From an uncultured Clostridia bacterium (lineage in GTDB: Bacteria; Bacillota; Clostridia; TANB77; CAG-508): 64,000 nucleotides of DNA. A program made the position numbers and the translations under genes. Below the pieces are notes generated by a model. The model saw only the letters and a list, made by a program, of their open reading frames with translations. It was not told where the DNA came from and did no database searches. Position 1 is the first letter of the stretch, and each line of letters starts with the position of its first letter. The stretch is taken from NCBI GenBank assembly GCA_934183305.1, contig CAKPSF010000001.1:86824-150823 (forward strand). The letters are read 5' to 3'. Shown one piece after another: positions 49,824 through 59,251 of the stretch.

Positions 49824-51251
49824 TTATTTAGGTTCACCTAAATATACAAAACCACTTAATGTATATCCACTCCATGGGCCTCCTCCACTAGTAGGTGCAT
49901 ATCCACTTGCTTTTGTTACTTTAGAAATTCCAAACCAGCTTTCGCCACTACCAGCATGAGATACCCAAATATCTCCATTAACATCAACAGCCTCTACATA
50001 TGCGACATGTCCATATTCTCCATCTTTCCAAGAAACAATTGAATTCTTCTTTGGAGTTATTCCACAATTGAAATATCCACTAGCTTGAATATTATCATAA
50101 TAGTATCCACCGTTCACTAGATCCCCAGGATAACTTTTGTATTTTGTTCCATTCAACTCAAGGAATTGATTTGCTCTACCAATTGCCCACCATGTACATT
50201 GAAAAGCTTGCAATCTGTTATTTGATGAGTTCCACCATTGTGCAAAAGGTCCACTTTGATCAGCCGAATTCGCATAGTGATGACTAGTATTTAAAACATT
50301 TCTTGTAAGATAATCATCTAATTCTTTTATTCTATCTTCATTTACACTTCCATCTGAATTATAAATCTCGATTTCACCATAAAAATCAGAGTTATATCCT
50401 CCATCTATTATATCATCACCAAATATTTGTCTTGCAATTTTTAATAAATTGTTATCTATATAATTTACAACGTACGCTGCTTGTTCTTCAAGAGTTGTTT
50501 CTTCATCTTCTGAATGTGAGCATGGAAAATTCATATATTCAGTCAAATACATCTTTACATTTATATCTCCAGAAATATGTCCATTATGATATCTTCCCAA
50601 AAACATATATGCTGAAAATATATCATAAATAGAATTCATTTTTCCTGTTATTTTTTCATTGTATGGTGCATATAATGTAGCTTTTGTATATGCTATACTC
50701 CCCTCTTGTTGATATCCTAAAATTATATCACAGTAAAAAGAAATTGCATCATCAATACTTTCAAATTCCTTTCCAGTTGATTGGTCATTATATACTGCAA
50801 GCCCCCAATAGTTCCATTTTGAATTTGCTGGAACTTTTTCTCCAAAACTACTTTCTTGTCCGGCTTGAGCTGCACAAATAATTGGATTTATATTTTTTTC
50901 TTTACATATATCATATATCTTATCCGCATATTGAGCAAATCTTTCTTGATACCCTTCATCAGTTTTAAAGTTTTTTATACACTCAACAAATTTTTCTTTG
51001 CTTATATTTGTACCATTTACACTTATTCCACTGCCATAATAATATTCATCATCTCCTAATGCTGTTACTCCTATACTTCCGGCATCAATAAATAAACATA
51101 GAATCAAAGATGCTATTAATAATATTCCTACTCCCATTGCTATATATGGTATAAGAAATTTTAGTTTATTTAGCATTGCTTTTCCTACATTTTTACTTGC
51201 TGATTTGAACTTATTTTTTATTATATCTCCTATGTTTTGTCCGTCTCCCAT
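49824..51251 (-). CDS. TM-anchored bifunctional peptidoglycan hydrolase: lysozyme-like (glucosaminidase/FlgJ-type) domain + C-terminal CHAP amidase/peptidase (CwlT/TcpG/Orf14 analogue)
   Basis: N-terminal TM; NPIICAAQAGQESSFGE glycosidase-like motif; CHAP Cys (FQCTWWAIGRA) and His (EYGHVAYVEAV). Confidence 0.7.
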   Translation of the reverse strand: MGDGQNIGDIIKNKFKSASKNVGKAMLNKLKFLIPYIAMGVGILLIASLILCLFIDAGSIGVTALGDDEYYYGSGISVNGTNISKEKFVECIKNFKTDEGYQERFAQYADKIYDICKEKNINPIICAAQAGQESSFGEKVPANSKWNYWGLAVYNDQSTGKEFESIDDAISFYCDIILGYQQEGSIAYTKATLYAPYNEKITGKMNSIYDIFSAYMFLGRYHNGHISGDINVKMYLTEYMNFPCSHSEDEETTLEEQAAYVVNYIDNNLLKIARQIFGDDIIDGGYNSDFYGEIEIYNSDGSVNEDRIKELDDYLTRNVLNTSHHYANSADQSGPFAQWWNSSNNRLQAFQCTWWAIGRANQFLELNGTKYKSYPGDLVNGGYYYDNIQASGYFNCGITPKKNSIVSWKDGEYGHVAYVEAVDVNGDIWVSHAGSGESWFGISKVTKASGYAPTSGGGPWSGYTLSGFVYLGEPK

Positions 51252-51266
51252 AAATTTCTCCTATTA

Positions 51267-51776
51267 TCAATCATAAACATATATCTTGCTATCTAGTATT
51301 TCATTTTCTATGCTAAACTTAAGCTCTTTTGTTAAGTCTTGTTTTCCAGTTGATATTGCACTTTCTTTAAGAACAACTATATAGTTTTCTTTTGAGGTAT
51401 AGATTCTATATTCTTCAATATCCACATTAAAATATTTCTGTACATAATTTTCATTAAATAAATCTATTGAATTATATCTTGCCTTTTTACAATTGTCAGA
51501 CACCATTGAATATGCATCCTGTAATCGTTTATTTTTGCAGTACTCTATAAATATTTCAATATTTTTTTTGTCTATTTTACTTTCGTTAATATTATTTTTT
51601 TCAGTATTATTTTGGTCTTCAATATTTACTATCGCTGTATTTGATTGTTTTTGTTCTACCGCTTTATTATTCAACCATTGAAGAACTAATATTGCCAACA
51701 CTATAACAAATAAAATTTCAAAAAGAAGTTTACCATATGATACAAAAAACAATCTTATATTTCTTTTTATATCCAT
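51267..51776 (-). CDS. T4SS-cluster small bitopic membrane protein (169 aa; possible VirB8/NTF2-like or Orf13-like)
   Basis: Single N-terminal TM plus ~130-aa extracytoplasmic domain; sits between the VirB6-like and hydrolase genes. Confidence 0.35.
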   Translation of the reverse strand: MDIKRNIRLFFVSYGKLLFEILFVIVLAILVLQWLNNKAVEQKQSNTAIVNIEDQNNTEKNNINESKIDKKNIEIFIEYCKNKRLQDAYSMVSDNCKKARYNSIDLFNENYVQKYFNVDIEEYRIYTSKENYIVVLKESAISTGKQDLTKELKFSIENEILDSKIYVYD

Positions 51777-51796
51777 AGTAAACCTCCTTTTTATTA

Positions 51797-54745
51797 TTAA
51801 AATGTATCTATATAAAGTTCAGCTAATGCTACTGCACCTTCATCGTTTGATAATTTATCTTTAGCAGATAGTTTTCCTCCATTTGCTATTGCTTTTCTTC
51901 CTAACTCTCTTGCTTTTTCTAGTTTCTTAGTATCACCTTTTGAATATTCTAATTCTAGCATTCTAGCATCAGTAATTCTTTCATTGCTTACTCCCATTTT
52001 TTCTAGCTTAACTTGTTCAATTATTTCAGTATTTGCCTCGTCTCTACTTGCATTTTTTCCCACTATTTTATTAACATTAGCATTTTTTCCTTTTTGCCAC
52101 TCTGCATGCATTTTTAATGTTGTATTTGCTCTTACAATATAATCATCATTTCCACTTGATATATCATTTAATTCTTTTATTTGACTATCTGTAAATCCAT
52201 TATCAACCAAACTTCTATTCAAATCAATTTCTTGATTTACTTCAACTTCTGTTGGTTTATTTATTCCTCTAGAGTTTAGCCTTCCTATTGCATTATTTCT
52301 TTCAACTACTTCTGGTGGCAAATTAATTTGTTTAGGTGGTAATGCAACTTCTGCCACATCAACCCCTTTCATTTTAGCAGCATTTGTTAGATATCTTCTT
52401 GCAGCGTCTTCAGAACCTAATCCTTTAGTTAATTGTGTCAATGCTCCATTCATTGTTTTGCTATCTCTAAAATCTTTTAAACTGTAAGCCTTAGCCAATT
52501 TTGAAGTATATTTTGCTTGATCTCCTGCTATTTTTCTTGACTCATCCTCCGTTTTTCCCTTACCCATAAGTTCTTGCACTTTGTCTTGATATTCAGGTAA
52601 TATATCATCAATTTCATCATCAGACAAACCATATCTTGAAAGATTAAATCTATCTTCTATTTCTTTTTGTAACTCATTTTCTTTTATTCCTACTTTTGGA
52701 TCTCTTCCATTTCTCTTTCTAAAACTATTTACAGCATTATCAATTTGTTTCTTATTTGCTCCAAATTCAGAAAGTGCCTGTTTTTCTTTTCCTTTATCAC
52801 CTTTCAATGCACTTGCATAGTCTTTTCCAACTTCTACTGCATTTCCAACTGCTCCTTCGCCTTTTTTATATAAGGTATTTCCAATGGCTCCTCCTGTTAA
52901 TGCTCCCTTACTAAATCCTTTTCCTGCCATAAAGCTCAATGTTCCACCAGCTAAAGCTCCCGCTCCAGTTGCTACAGTTTTTAATGTTCCCTTTAAAAGA
53001 CCTTTTCCGTATTTTTTTCCTCTATTTTTCCATCTTTTTAATTTATTCGTTGATCCCCATTTTTTAGTCATTCTTTGATTATGTATGCTTCGTGCTTGTG
53101 AAATTTTCCTTCTTATCAAACTTTGTTCTTTATTAGAATTATCAGTATTTGCGTTTCCTCCATTATTTATTTGATTATTATTTTCATTTCCCGCTGAATT
53201 TTCACCATCTTCAAGTTCGCCAGTTGCACCACTTGTATCACTAATATTGGATGTACCATCTTCTCCAGTTGCCAAATTATTTTGCTCAGTTTCAACATTT
53301 GTCTCATTAATATTAGCCGTGCTACCTTCTTCCGAAGCTGGTAAACTTTCTCCATTTTCTCCATTTGTTAAATTGGCATTATCAACAGTTCTTGGTGGCA
53401 ATTGATTAGGTGTACTATTATTTTCTTCTTCTTTTCCACCCTTGCCAGAAGACCCTCCTCCTTTCATTTTGTTAAATAATTGACTAGCTATAGCTCCTCC
53501 TGTAAATCCGCCAAGAGGTGAACCTAATTTATCTCTAAATCCAAACATCTCTTTTATAAATTTCTCTGCTGGTATCATAACAGCAAAGCATATAATTGAA
53601 TATAATATATTGTCATCTGCTAATTGGGTAGCAGAACCAACTAATACAATATATATTAACAAATGAAATGGTTGTATTATAACATTATATAAAAATTCAT
53701 AAAACCATTTATTAAATGCTTGTGCTTTTCCGTCTGAGATTTTATCTATTGGATATGTTACAGCAGAAATTGGCGCTAATAGTATTAAAAATATTATTGT
53801 AAATTCCCTTTTTAAATACTTAACTGCAAATAATCCAGTATAGAATATTATAACTAATAATAATAGCATAAATGCTAATGCATTTCCTATATCGTAAAAT
53901 TCTAGTTTTCCATCATTATCAACCATAATTGCTCTAATATCATCATGTGCTTTTCCGTCATAAGTTACAGTATATGATTTATCAGCTTCTGTAATAGTTC
54001 CTATTTTTTGCATTAATACTGCTGTCTGTGAACTTGCTGATCCTCCTGGACCTGCAATTGCATCAGTTATCATACTAGATAAATTTAATATTGTTATCAT
54101 TATATAGTGCATAACTACTACTAAACACAAGGCTACAAGCCAATCTTTAAGCATCACTTTATATTTTGCTTTATCTTGCGATATTGTTGATGTTATCATT
54201 CTTATTCCAACATAAACTAATACAGATAAAAGAGCCACTATTGCGAAATTTCTTAAAGCATAATACCATCCAGCAACAGTGTTCCTTAATTCCATTTTTC
54301 CATTTACTGTGCCTGTTTTACCAGCATCAAAATACTTAGAAGTATCTGTTATATTTTTAAATATATCTGCATCAAATAAAACAAAACTTCCTTTTATTAT
54401 ATTTTCTGGTGTTAAGTTAAGATTTTTAACAACTATATCTTGACCTTGTATTCCATATAAAAATTTGTTTCCATCATCGCAAAAAATATCATTTAATAAT
54501 CCTATGATTGCTCTTTCTCCAAGAAATAGTAATTTTGTGAAGTTTGTTCCTATATCAAAAAATCCACCTTCTTTACTTTGATTACTAGTTTCATAACTAT
54601 ATGTGCCAGCCGAATCTTTAATAGTAGTGCCTCCAAAAATCTCATCAGCTTTTACGTTAAGTGGCAACATAAATTTAAATAATATAAGCAACACTAATAC
54701 TAATATGAACTTTTTGGTTATTTGTTTTTTTGAAAACACATTCAT
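51797..54745 (-). CDS. VirB6-like polytopic channel protein (TcpH/ConG/Orf15 analogue) with long hydrophilic C-terminal tail
   Basis: Signal peptide, >=6 TM helices in residues ~150-420, then ~550-aa G/N/E/K-rich low-complexity and coiled-coil tail; 982 aa. Confidence 0.65.
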   Translation of the reverse strand: MNVFSKKQITKKFILVLVLLILFKFMLPLNVKADEIFGGTTIKDSAGTYSYETSNQSKEGGFFDIGTNFTKLLFLGERAIIGLLNDIFCDDGNKFLYGIQGQDIVVKNLNLTPENIIKGSFVLFDADIFKNITDTSKYFDAGKTGTVNGKMELRNTVAGWYYALRNFAIVALLSVLVYVGIRMITSTISQDKAKYKVMLKDWLVALCLVVVMHYIMITILNLSSMITDAIAGPGGSASSQTAVLMQKIGTITEADKSYTVTYDGKAHDDIRAIMVDNDGKLEFYDIGNALAFMLLLLVIIFYTGLFAVKYLKREFTIIFLILLAPISAVTYPIDKISDGKAQAFNKWFYEFLYNVIIQPFHLLIYIVLVGSATQLADDNILYSIICFAVMIPAEKFIKEMFGFRDKLGSPLGGFTGGAIASQLFNKMKGGGSSGKGGKEEENNSTPNQLPPRTVDNANLTNGENGESLPASEEGSTANINETNVETEQNNLATGEDGTSNISDTSGATGELEDGENSAGNENNNQINNGGNANTDNSNKEQSLIRRKISQARSIHNQRMTKKWGSTNKLKRWKNRGKKYGKGLLKGTLKTVATGAGALAGGTLSFMAGKGFSKGALTGGAIGNTLYKKGEGAVGNAVEVGKDYASALKGDKGKEKQALSEFGANKKQIDNAVNSFRKRNGRDPKVGIKENELQKEIEDRFNLSRYGLSDDEIDDILPEYQDKVQELMGKGKTEDESRKIAGDQAKYTSKLAKAYSLKDFRDSKTMNGALTQLTKGLGSEDAARRYLTNAAKMKGVDVAEVALPPKQINLPPEVVERNNAIGRLNSRGINKPTEVEVNQEIDLNRSLVDNGFTDSQIKELNDISSGNDDYIVRANTTLKMHAEWQKGKNANVNKIVGKNASRDEANTEIIEQVKLEKMGVSNERITDARMLELEYSKGDTKKLEKARELGRKAIANGGKLSAKDKLSNDEGAVALAELYIDTF

Positions 54746-54762
54746 TTAAATGTTCTCCTTTT

Positions 54763-56709
54763 CTATCTATTGGCTAATTTATTTAAGTTTGTTTCAACAA
54801 ATTCAAATTCTTTCTTTGTTGGTGTAATCTTTAGTATTGCAGTATCATTTCCTACTTTTAATAAACCTTCACCTTTTTGAGCAGTTATTAAATAACTTGC
54901 TTCTCCTTCTGATAATTTGAATACTTCTTTTAAATATTGTATTTCAGATTTATCTTGTGCTAAGAATAATTTTGTATCTGATGATGTAAGAACAGCTTGT
55001 GCTTCTGGTTTTTCATAAAAATCCTGAAATCTTTGTGAAATAATTGCTAAAGATACATTTCTTTTTCTTGCACGACGTGCCATTTTATTTAAGAAATCTA
55101 CAGCTTCTGGATATGGAAGTAACATCCACGCCTCATCAACTATAACTCTTTTTTGTTTTGCTCTTTTTCTATCTTCACTGTTTTTCTTAACAAATTTTTC
55201 CCAAATCCAAGAAAGTAATATTTGTTGTGCAAGTGGTCTTGCAAATCTTTCTTCTAATTGAGAAATATCAAGATTTATAAATGGTGCTCCATCTAACAAT
55301 TCAAATGTAGATTGTCCATCAAAGTATGCCATTTGTCCATCAAATTCTCTTATGTATTGTTTCATAACTTTTATTAAATAGCTATAATGTTTTGTATAAT
55401 CTGGGTTTGTATTTTCTTTTGACATTTTTACTATTCTTTTGTACCAAGAACCAATTGTTGGCATCTCTTTCTTTTCTTTTTCTATTTGTCCTTCGTTTAT
55501 TAAAGTTACATCACTCTTGTATAAACTGTTTATATTGTTGTTTATTCCATAAGCTTCATATTCATCTGCAACCGCTTCCGCTATAATTTGTTTTGTTACT
55601 TCGTTTACTTCTGTACTTCTCGTACTTCCTTTTGCCATTGTAAGTAATGCTTGAGTAACATCTTCTACTTTATTAGGTACGTTTAGTACTGCTCTTTCTC
55701 TTCCTGTTATTTCGTCTTTTATTAATTCTGGTTCTATATCAAATACATTTATTATAGTTGGAGATGTTGGACTTAATATAACATTTATTCCTCCAAGACT
55801 TTCTGCAACTATTGTATACTCGCCTTCTGCATCAAGTGCCAAGCTTTCTATTCCCATAAGCACGCTAGAACGTGATATTAATGTTTTCATTGTAACAGAT
55901 TTACCAGCACCAGACTTAGCAAATATAACCATATTGTAATTTGTAAGCGATGAATGGAAATTATCGAAAAGTATTGGTGTTCCAGTTTGTTTGTTATACC
56001 CTATTGGAACTCCAGTAGGATGTCCTACTTCAGAAGATGTAAATGGAAATACTGTTCCCATTGAATTTCTATCAAATGTATGTTTTTTATTTGCAAGTAA
56101 GTTATTACATAATGGGACATTACTTTTAAATGCTTCTTCTTGCATAGCCCACGCAGTTTTTAATCCTATTTGTGTTTTTCCCATTTCAGTAGATAACAAT
56201 TTTGTATATCTTTCTAAATCTTCCATATTATATGCAAATAAAGTTGATATAATGGAAGCTTCAAACATTTTATTAAATCCTGCTGCTATTTCGTCTCTTA
56301 ATTGTTCTGTTTCGTATTTTTTTTGTGCAAGCACAGCTTCTCTGTTTATATTTCCTTTACCAGCTGCAACTAATCTTTCAGTTTCAAGTTCATTTATTGT
56401 TCTATTTAATTCTTGTTGCGAAGTTGCTTCTTGTACTGGATTTATATATACAGAAACATTTATATCTCCAAAATCATACATTTCTCTTAACAATTCTGGA
56501 AATGTTCCCATACGAGGAAGAGTTGATACAAAAAAGCTTCTTGCTAATCTATTTGTATGTGATATTATTTCTAGATGATTTAGGTTTGAGGCATCTATTC
56601 CAGAAGGAGCTATTATATCTTTTATATTTTTTGCCTCAAACATATTAAGTTCTTTTTTATTATCTTCAATTAAGTCATCTCTTTCAATTTCTTTAGTTTT
56701 TTTACTCAT
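54763..56709 (-). CDS. VirB4-family type IV secretion ATPase (TcpF/ConE/Orf16 analogue)
   Basis: Walker A FAKSGAGKSVTMKTL, Walker B VIVDEAWMLL, AIISQRFQDF motif; 648 aa. Confidence 0.8.
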   Translation of the reverse strand: MSKKTKEIERDDLIEDNKKELNMFEAKNIKDIIAPSGIDASNLNHLEIISHTNRLARSFFVSTLPRMGTFPELLREMYDFGDINVSVYINPVQEATSQQELNRTINELETERLVAAGKGNINREAVLAQKKYETEQLRDEIAAGFNKMFEASIISTLFAYNMEDLERYTKLLSTEMGKTQIGLKTAWAMQEEAFKSNVPLCNNLLANKKHTFDRNSMGTVFPFTSSEVGHPTGVPIGYNKQTGTPILFDNFHSSLTNYNMVIFAKSGAGKSVTMKTLISRSSVLMGIESLALDAEGEYTIVAESLGGINVILSPTSPTIINVFDIEPELIKDEITGRERAVLNVPNKVEDVTQALLTMAKGSTRSTEVNEVTKQIIAEAVADEYEAYGINNNINSLYKSDVTLINEGQIEKEKKEMPTIGSWYKRIVKMSKENTNPDYTKHYSYLIKVMKQYIREFDGQMAYFDGQSTFELLDGAPFINLDISQLEERFARPLAQQILLSWIWEKFVKKNSEDRKRAKQKRVIVDEAWMLLPYPEAVDFLNKMARRARKRNVSLAIISQRFQDFYEKPEAQAVLTSSDTKLFLAQDKSEIQYLKEVFKLSEGEASYLITAQKGEGLLKVGNDTAILKITPTKKEFEFVETNLNKLANR

Positions 56710-56714
56710 ATTAT

Positions 56715-57917
56715 TTAAGCTCCTTTCCTAGTTCTTCTTTTCTTTGTCTCTTTCTCTTCATGATTTTTATCTATTTCTTTTATAGATTCTTCAGCTATTT
56801 CCTTAGGTATATATCCTTCATTTTCTTCTATAAGGTTTTTAGCCATTTCTTTTATTAAAGAATCTAGGTTTTGTTCTTTCATTTCTAATTCTTTTTGCCT
56901 TCTGTTTTTTATAACAACTCTATCTACCGTTTCATTTGCCAAGTTTAATGCTCTTTCATTTATTATTTTATCTAATTCTTCTATCTTTCTATTTATCACA
57001 TCAGGCGCTGTAGTATATAAAGAATCATATCCGGCTTTTATAGCTTTGTCAACGCCATAAATTTCAGAAGCATCTCTGTTATACGCAACATATAACAAAT
57101 CAGCTAATTCTGTTGAATTTAAAACTTTTCCCGTAACACCACAAACAGATAATGTTCTTAGTATTGCTTGGGCATTTGTATATAATTCTGAAAAAGCCAT
57201 ATCTAGTATTTCATCTTTTTTAAATAAATCTTCACTATTATCTGGGTAGTATGATATTGCTATATAATAATTTTTAGTTAATATATTTTTATTTAAACTC
57301 ATTTTTTCAGTATTAGAGATTATGTCTTTTGTGTATTCGTATAAATTCTTTTGCCTTATATATTCCATTTTTATTTCTTTAAACTTTGCATCACTAATAC
57401 TTGTATCTTTTTGTGCTTGCTCATATTGCATTCTTATTTTATTGTAATTCATTTCAATAACTTTTAATCTTTTATTATAGTTAGAAACACTATCTTCAAG
57501 ATTAACTTTTCTTGCTTGTACATATAACTGAATTGGTCTTGTTAACGTATTTAAAAATTGTATAAATCCTTGTTCAACCCCAACTTTTTCAATAGAACTC
57601 ATCAAATCGTAATTAACACCCTGACATTTAATTACCATTACAAGTCTTTTTCCATCCTTTTGAACAATCATATTATCTTTTATATCATCAAAGTCCATAA
57701 ATTTTTTTATATTTTCAGATGTATACATTTTAGTCTGAATAATATTAGTATTCTGTTTAGTATTTGTGTCTGTTTTTATGCTATTATTTTTTGGAGCTTG
57801 TTCATTTTGTTTTTTCTTTATTGAAAGTATTACAAACACCACTATTAAAACAAACAATATTATAACGCTTAATGCTAAAAATATCATCAATAAATTAGTT
57901 AAGTCTTGACCACTCAT
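56715..57917 (-). CDS. T4SS-cluster bitopic membrane protein with coiled-coil domain (possible VirB8/TcpC/ConB analogue)
   Basis: Single N-terminal TM, 400 aa, coiled-coil rich; position immediately upstream of VirB4 gene; start overlaps the upstream gene (ATGA). Confidence 0.45.
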   Translation of the reverse strand: MSGQDLTNLLMIFLALSVIILFVLIVVFVILSIKKKQNEQAPKNNSIKTDTNTKQNTNIIQTKMYTSENIKKFMDFDDIKDNMIVQKDGKRLVMVIKCQGVNYDLMSSIEKVGVEQGFIQFLNTLTRPIQLYVQARKVNLEDSVSNYNKRLKVIEMNYNKIRMQYEQAQKDTSISDAKFKEIKMEYIRQKNLYEYTKDIISNTEKMSLNKNILTKNYYIAISYYPDNSEDLFKKDEILDMAFSELYTNAQAILRTLSVCGVTGKVLNSTELADLLYVAYNRDASEIYGVDKAIKAGYDSLYTTAPDVINRKIEELDKIINERALNLANETVDRVVIKNRRQKELEMKEQNLDSLIKEMAKNLIEENEGYIPKEIAEESIKEIDKNHEEKETKKRRTRKGA

Positions 57918-57918
57918 T

Positions 57919-58257
57919 TTATACTTCCTCCTCTTTTGTAATGTAGATTTTGTTCTTTCTCTTCTTGAATTTTATATATCTTAATATTACATCATCAATG
58001 TTTTCTCCGCCAACTAATCTGGTTACTTTAAATGCGTTTGAATTTGGTATTTTAAAAGTTCCTATACAAAATCCAACTAATGCCAACAATGCCATTATGA
58101 TTATTCCAACAATTGATAAACTCATTGATTTTAAAAGCCAGTAAATAGGTAATCCTATTCCTCCACCAATCACTGTATATATTAAAGCTTTAGTTGAGAA
58201 TATAAACAATATTCTTCCTTCGCCTTTTGTGTTTCTAGGTATCATATATGTTCCCAT
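57919..58257 (-). CDS. VirB3/TcpE/ConD/Orf17-like small two-TM T4SS protein
   Basis: 112 aa; two adjacent TM helices (LIYTVIGGGIGLPIYWLL, LSIVGIIIMALLALVGFCIG); immediately upstream of the 400-aa and VirB4 genes. Confidence 0.55.
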   Translation of the reverse strand: MGTYMIPRNTKGEGRILFIFSTKALIYTVIGGGIGLPIYWLLKSMSLSIVGIIIMALLALVGFCIGTFKIPNSNAFKVTRLVGGENIDDVILRYIKFKKRKNKIYITKEEEV

Positions 58258-58385
58258 ATTTTTCCTCCCAATAATAGCATTATATATCTTATTATATTAT
58301 AACAAAAAACCTTACAAATTGTAAGGTTTTTGTCTAAAAATATTAAATTTTTAATATATTTGTAACATTATTGTAACAATATATA

Positions 58386-58742
58386 TTATACAATTGTTTT
58401 TCCGAATTGTATTACAGCTTTACCAATTGCAGAAGCACCAAATACTAATACAGCACCTACTAAATAAGGTATCATTGATTTTTTGTATTCGGCTTTTTCT
58501 TCTGTACTTCCCATCATGTATTTAATACCTAGAATAGCAATTAAAACTATTGCAAGTACTATACCAACACTTGTTATAATACTTAATATAGAGTTACCTA
58601 TATTTGTTATAGTTTTATCAGCTTGTGTACCTGTATTCCCTGTTATTTCATCAGGATTAACAGCTGCAAATATGCTTGTACAAACACATGCTAACATAAG
58701 TACTATCATAACTATACTTAAAACTTTATCTAGTTTTTTCAT
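58386..58742 (-). CDS. VirB2/TrbC-like pilin-topology protein, paralog 3 (118 aa)
   Basis: Signal peptide (MKKLDKVLSIVMIVLMLACVCTSIFAA) + TM1 (ILSIITSVGIVLAIVLIAILGI) + loop KYMMGSTEEKAEYKKSM + TM2; own RBS GGAGGAAATTAT. Confidence 0.55.
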   Translation of the reverse strand: MKKLDKVLSIVMIVLMLACVCTSIFAAVNPDEITGNTGTQADKTITNIGNSILSIITSVGIVLAIVLIAILGIKYMMGSTEEKAEYKKSMIPYLVGAVLVFGASAIGKAVIQFGKTIV

Positions 58743-58807
58743 ATAATTTCCTCCTTTTCTTTTTTATAATTTATTTTAAATATCTTAATTTTAAATTTAA
58801 GATAACA

Positions 58808-59182
58808 TTAAAAACTACTCATAATCTTTACTACTAACTTCCATATTCCCAATGATCCAAATACAACTATACAGCTTATTAAATATGGAAATAAAGATTC
58901 TTTTACTTGGACTTTTTGATCTATTCCTGCTGTCATAAATTTAATTCCTAATATTGCTCCAACAACAACTGCAACTACAGTTGCTACTGCAAGTAGCAAA
59001 TTATATAAATCACTTGATACTTGCTTTATTTGGTTTGTATCCATTGTTTGTGCAGTGTGTTGTGAACCAGTTCCAGTCCAATCTTCTCCTTTACTTAAAA
59101 TATTTCCTATCGCAAATGTATTGGGGATAAAAAACATAACAATTAATAATGTCAAAATCAAAATTTTAATTGTATTCTTCAT
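58808..59182 (-). CDS. VirB2/TrbC-like pilin-topology protein, paralog 2 (124 aa)
   Basis: Signal peptide + TM1 (LLAVATVVAVVVGAILGI) + loop KFMTAGIDQKVQVKESL + TM2; RBS AAGGAGGG. Confidence 0.55.
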   Translation of the reverse strand: MKNTIKILILTLLIVMFFIPNTFAIGNILSKGEDWTGTGSQHTAQTMDTNQIKQVSSDLYNLLLAVATVVAVVVGAILGIKFMTAGIDQKVQVKESLFPYLISCIVVFGSLGIWKLVVKIMSSF

Positions 59183-59251
59183 TTATAATCCCCTCCTTTA
59201 TTATTAGTTTAACATAATTATACAATATTTAACAACATTTTGCAAATTTTT

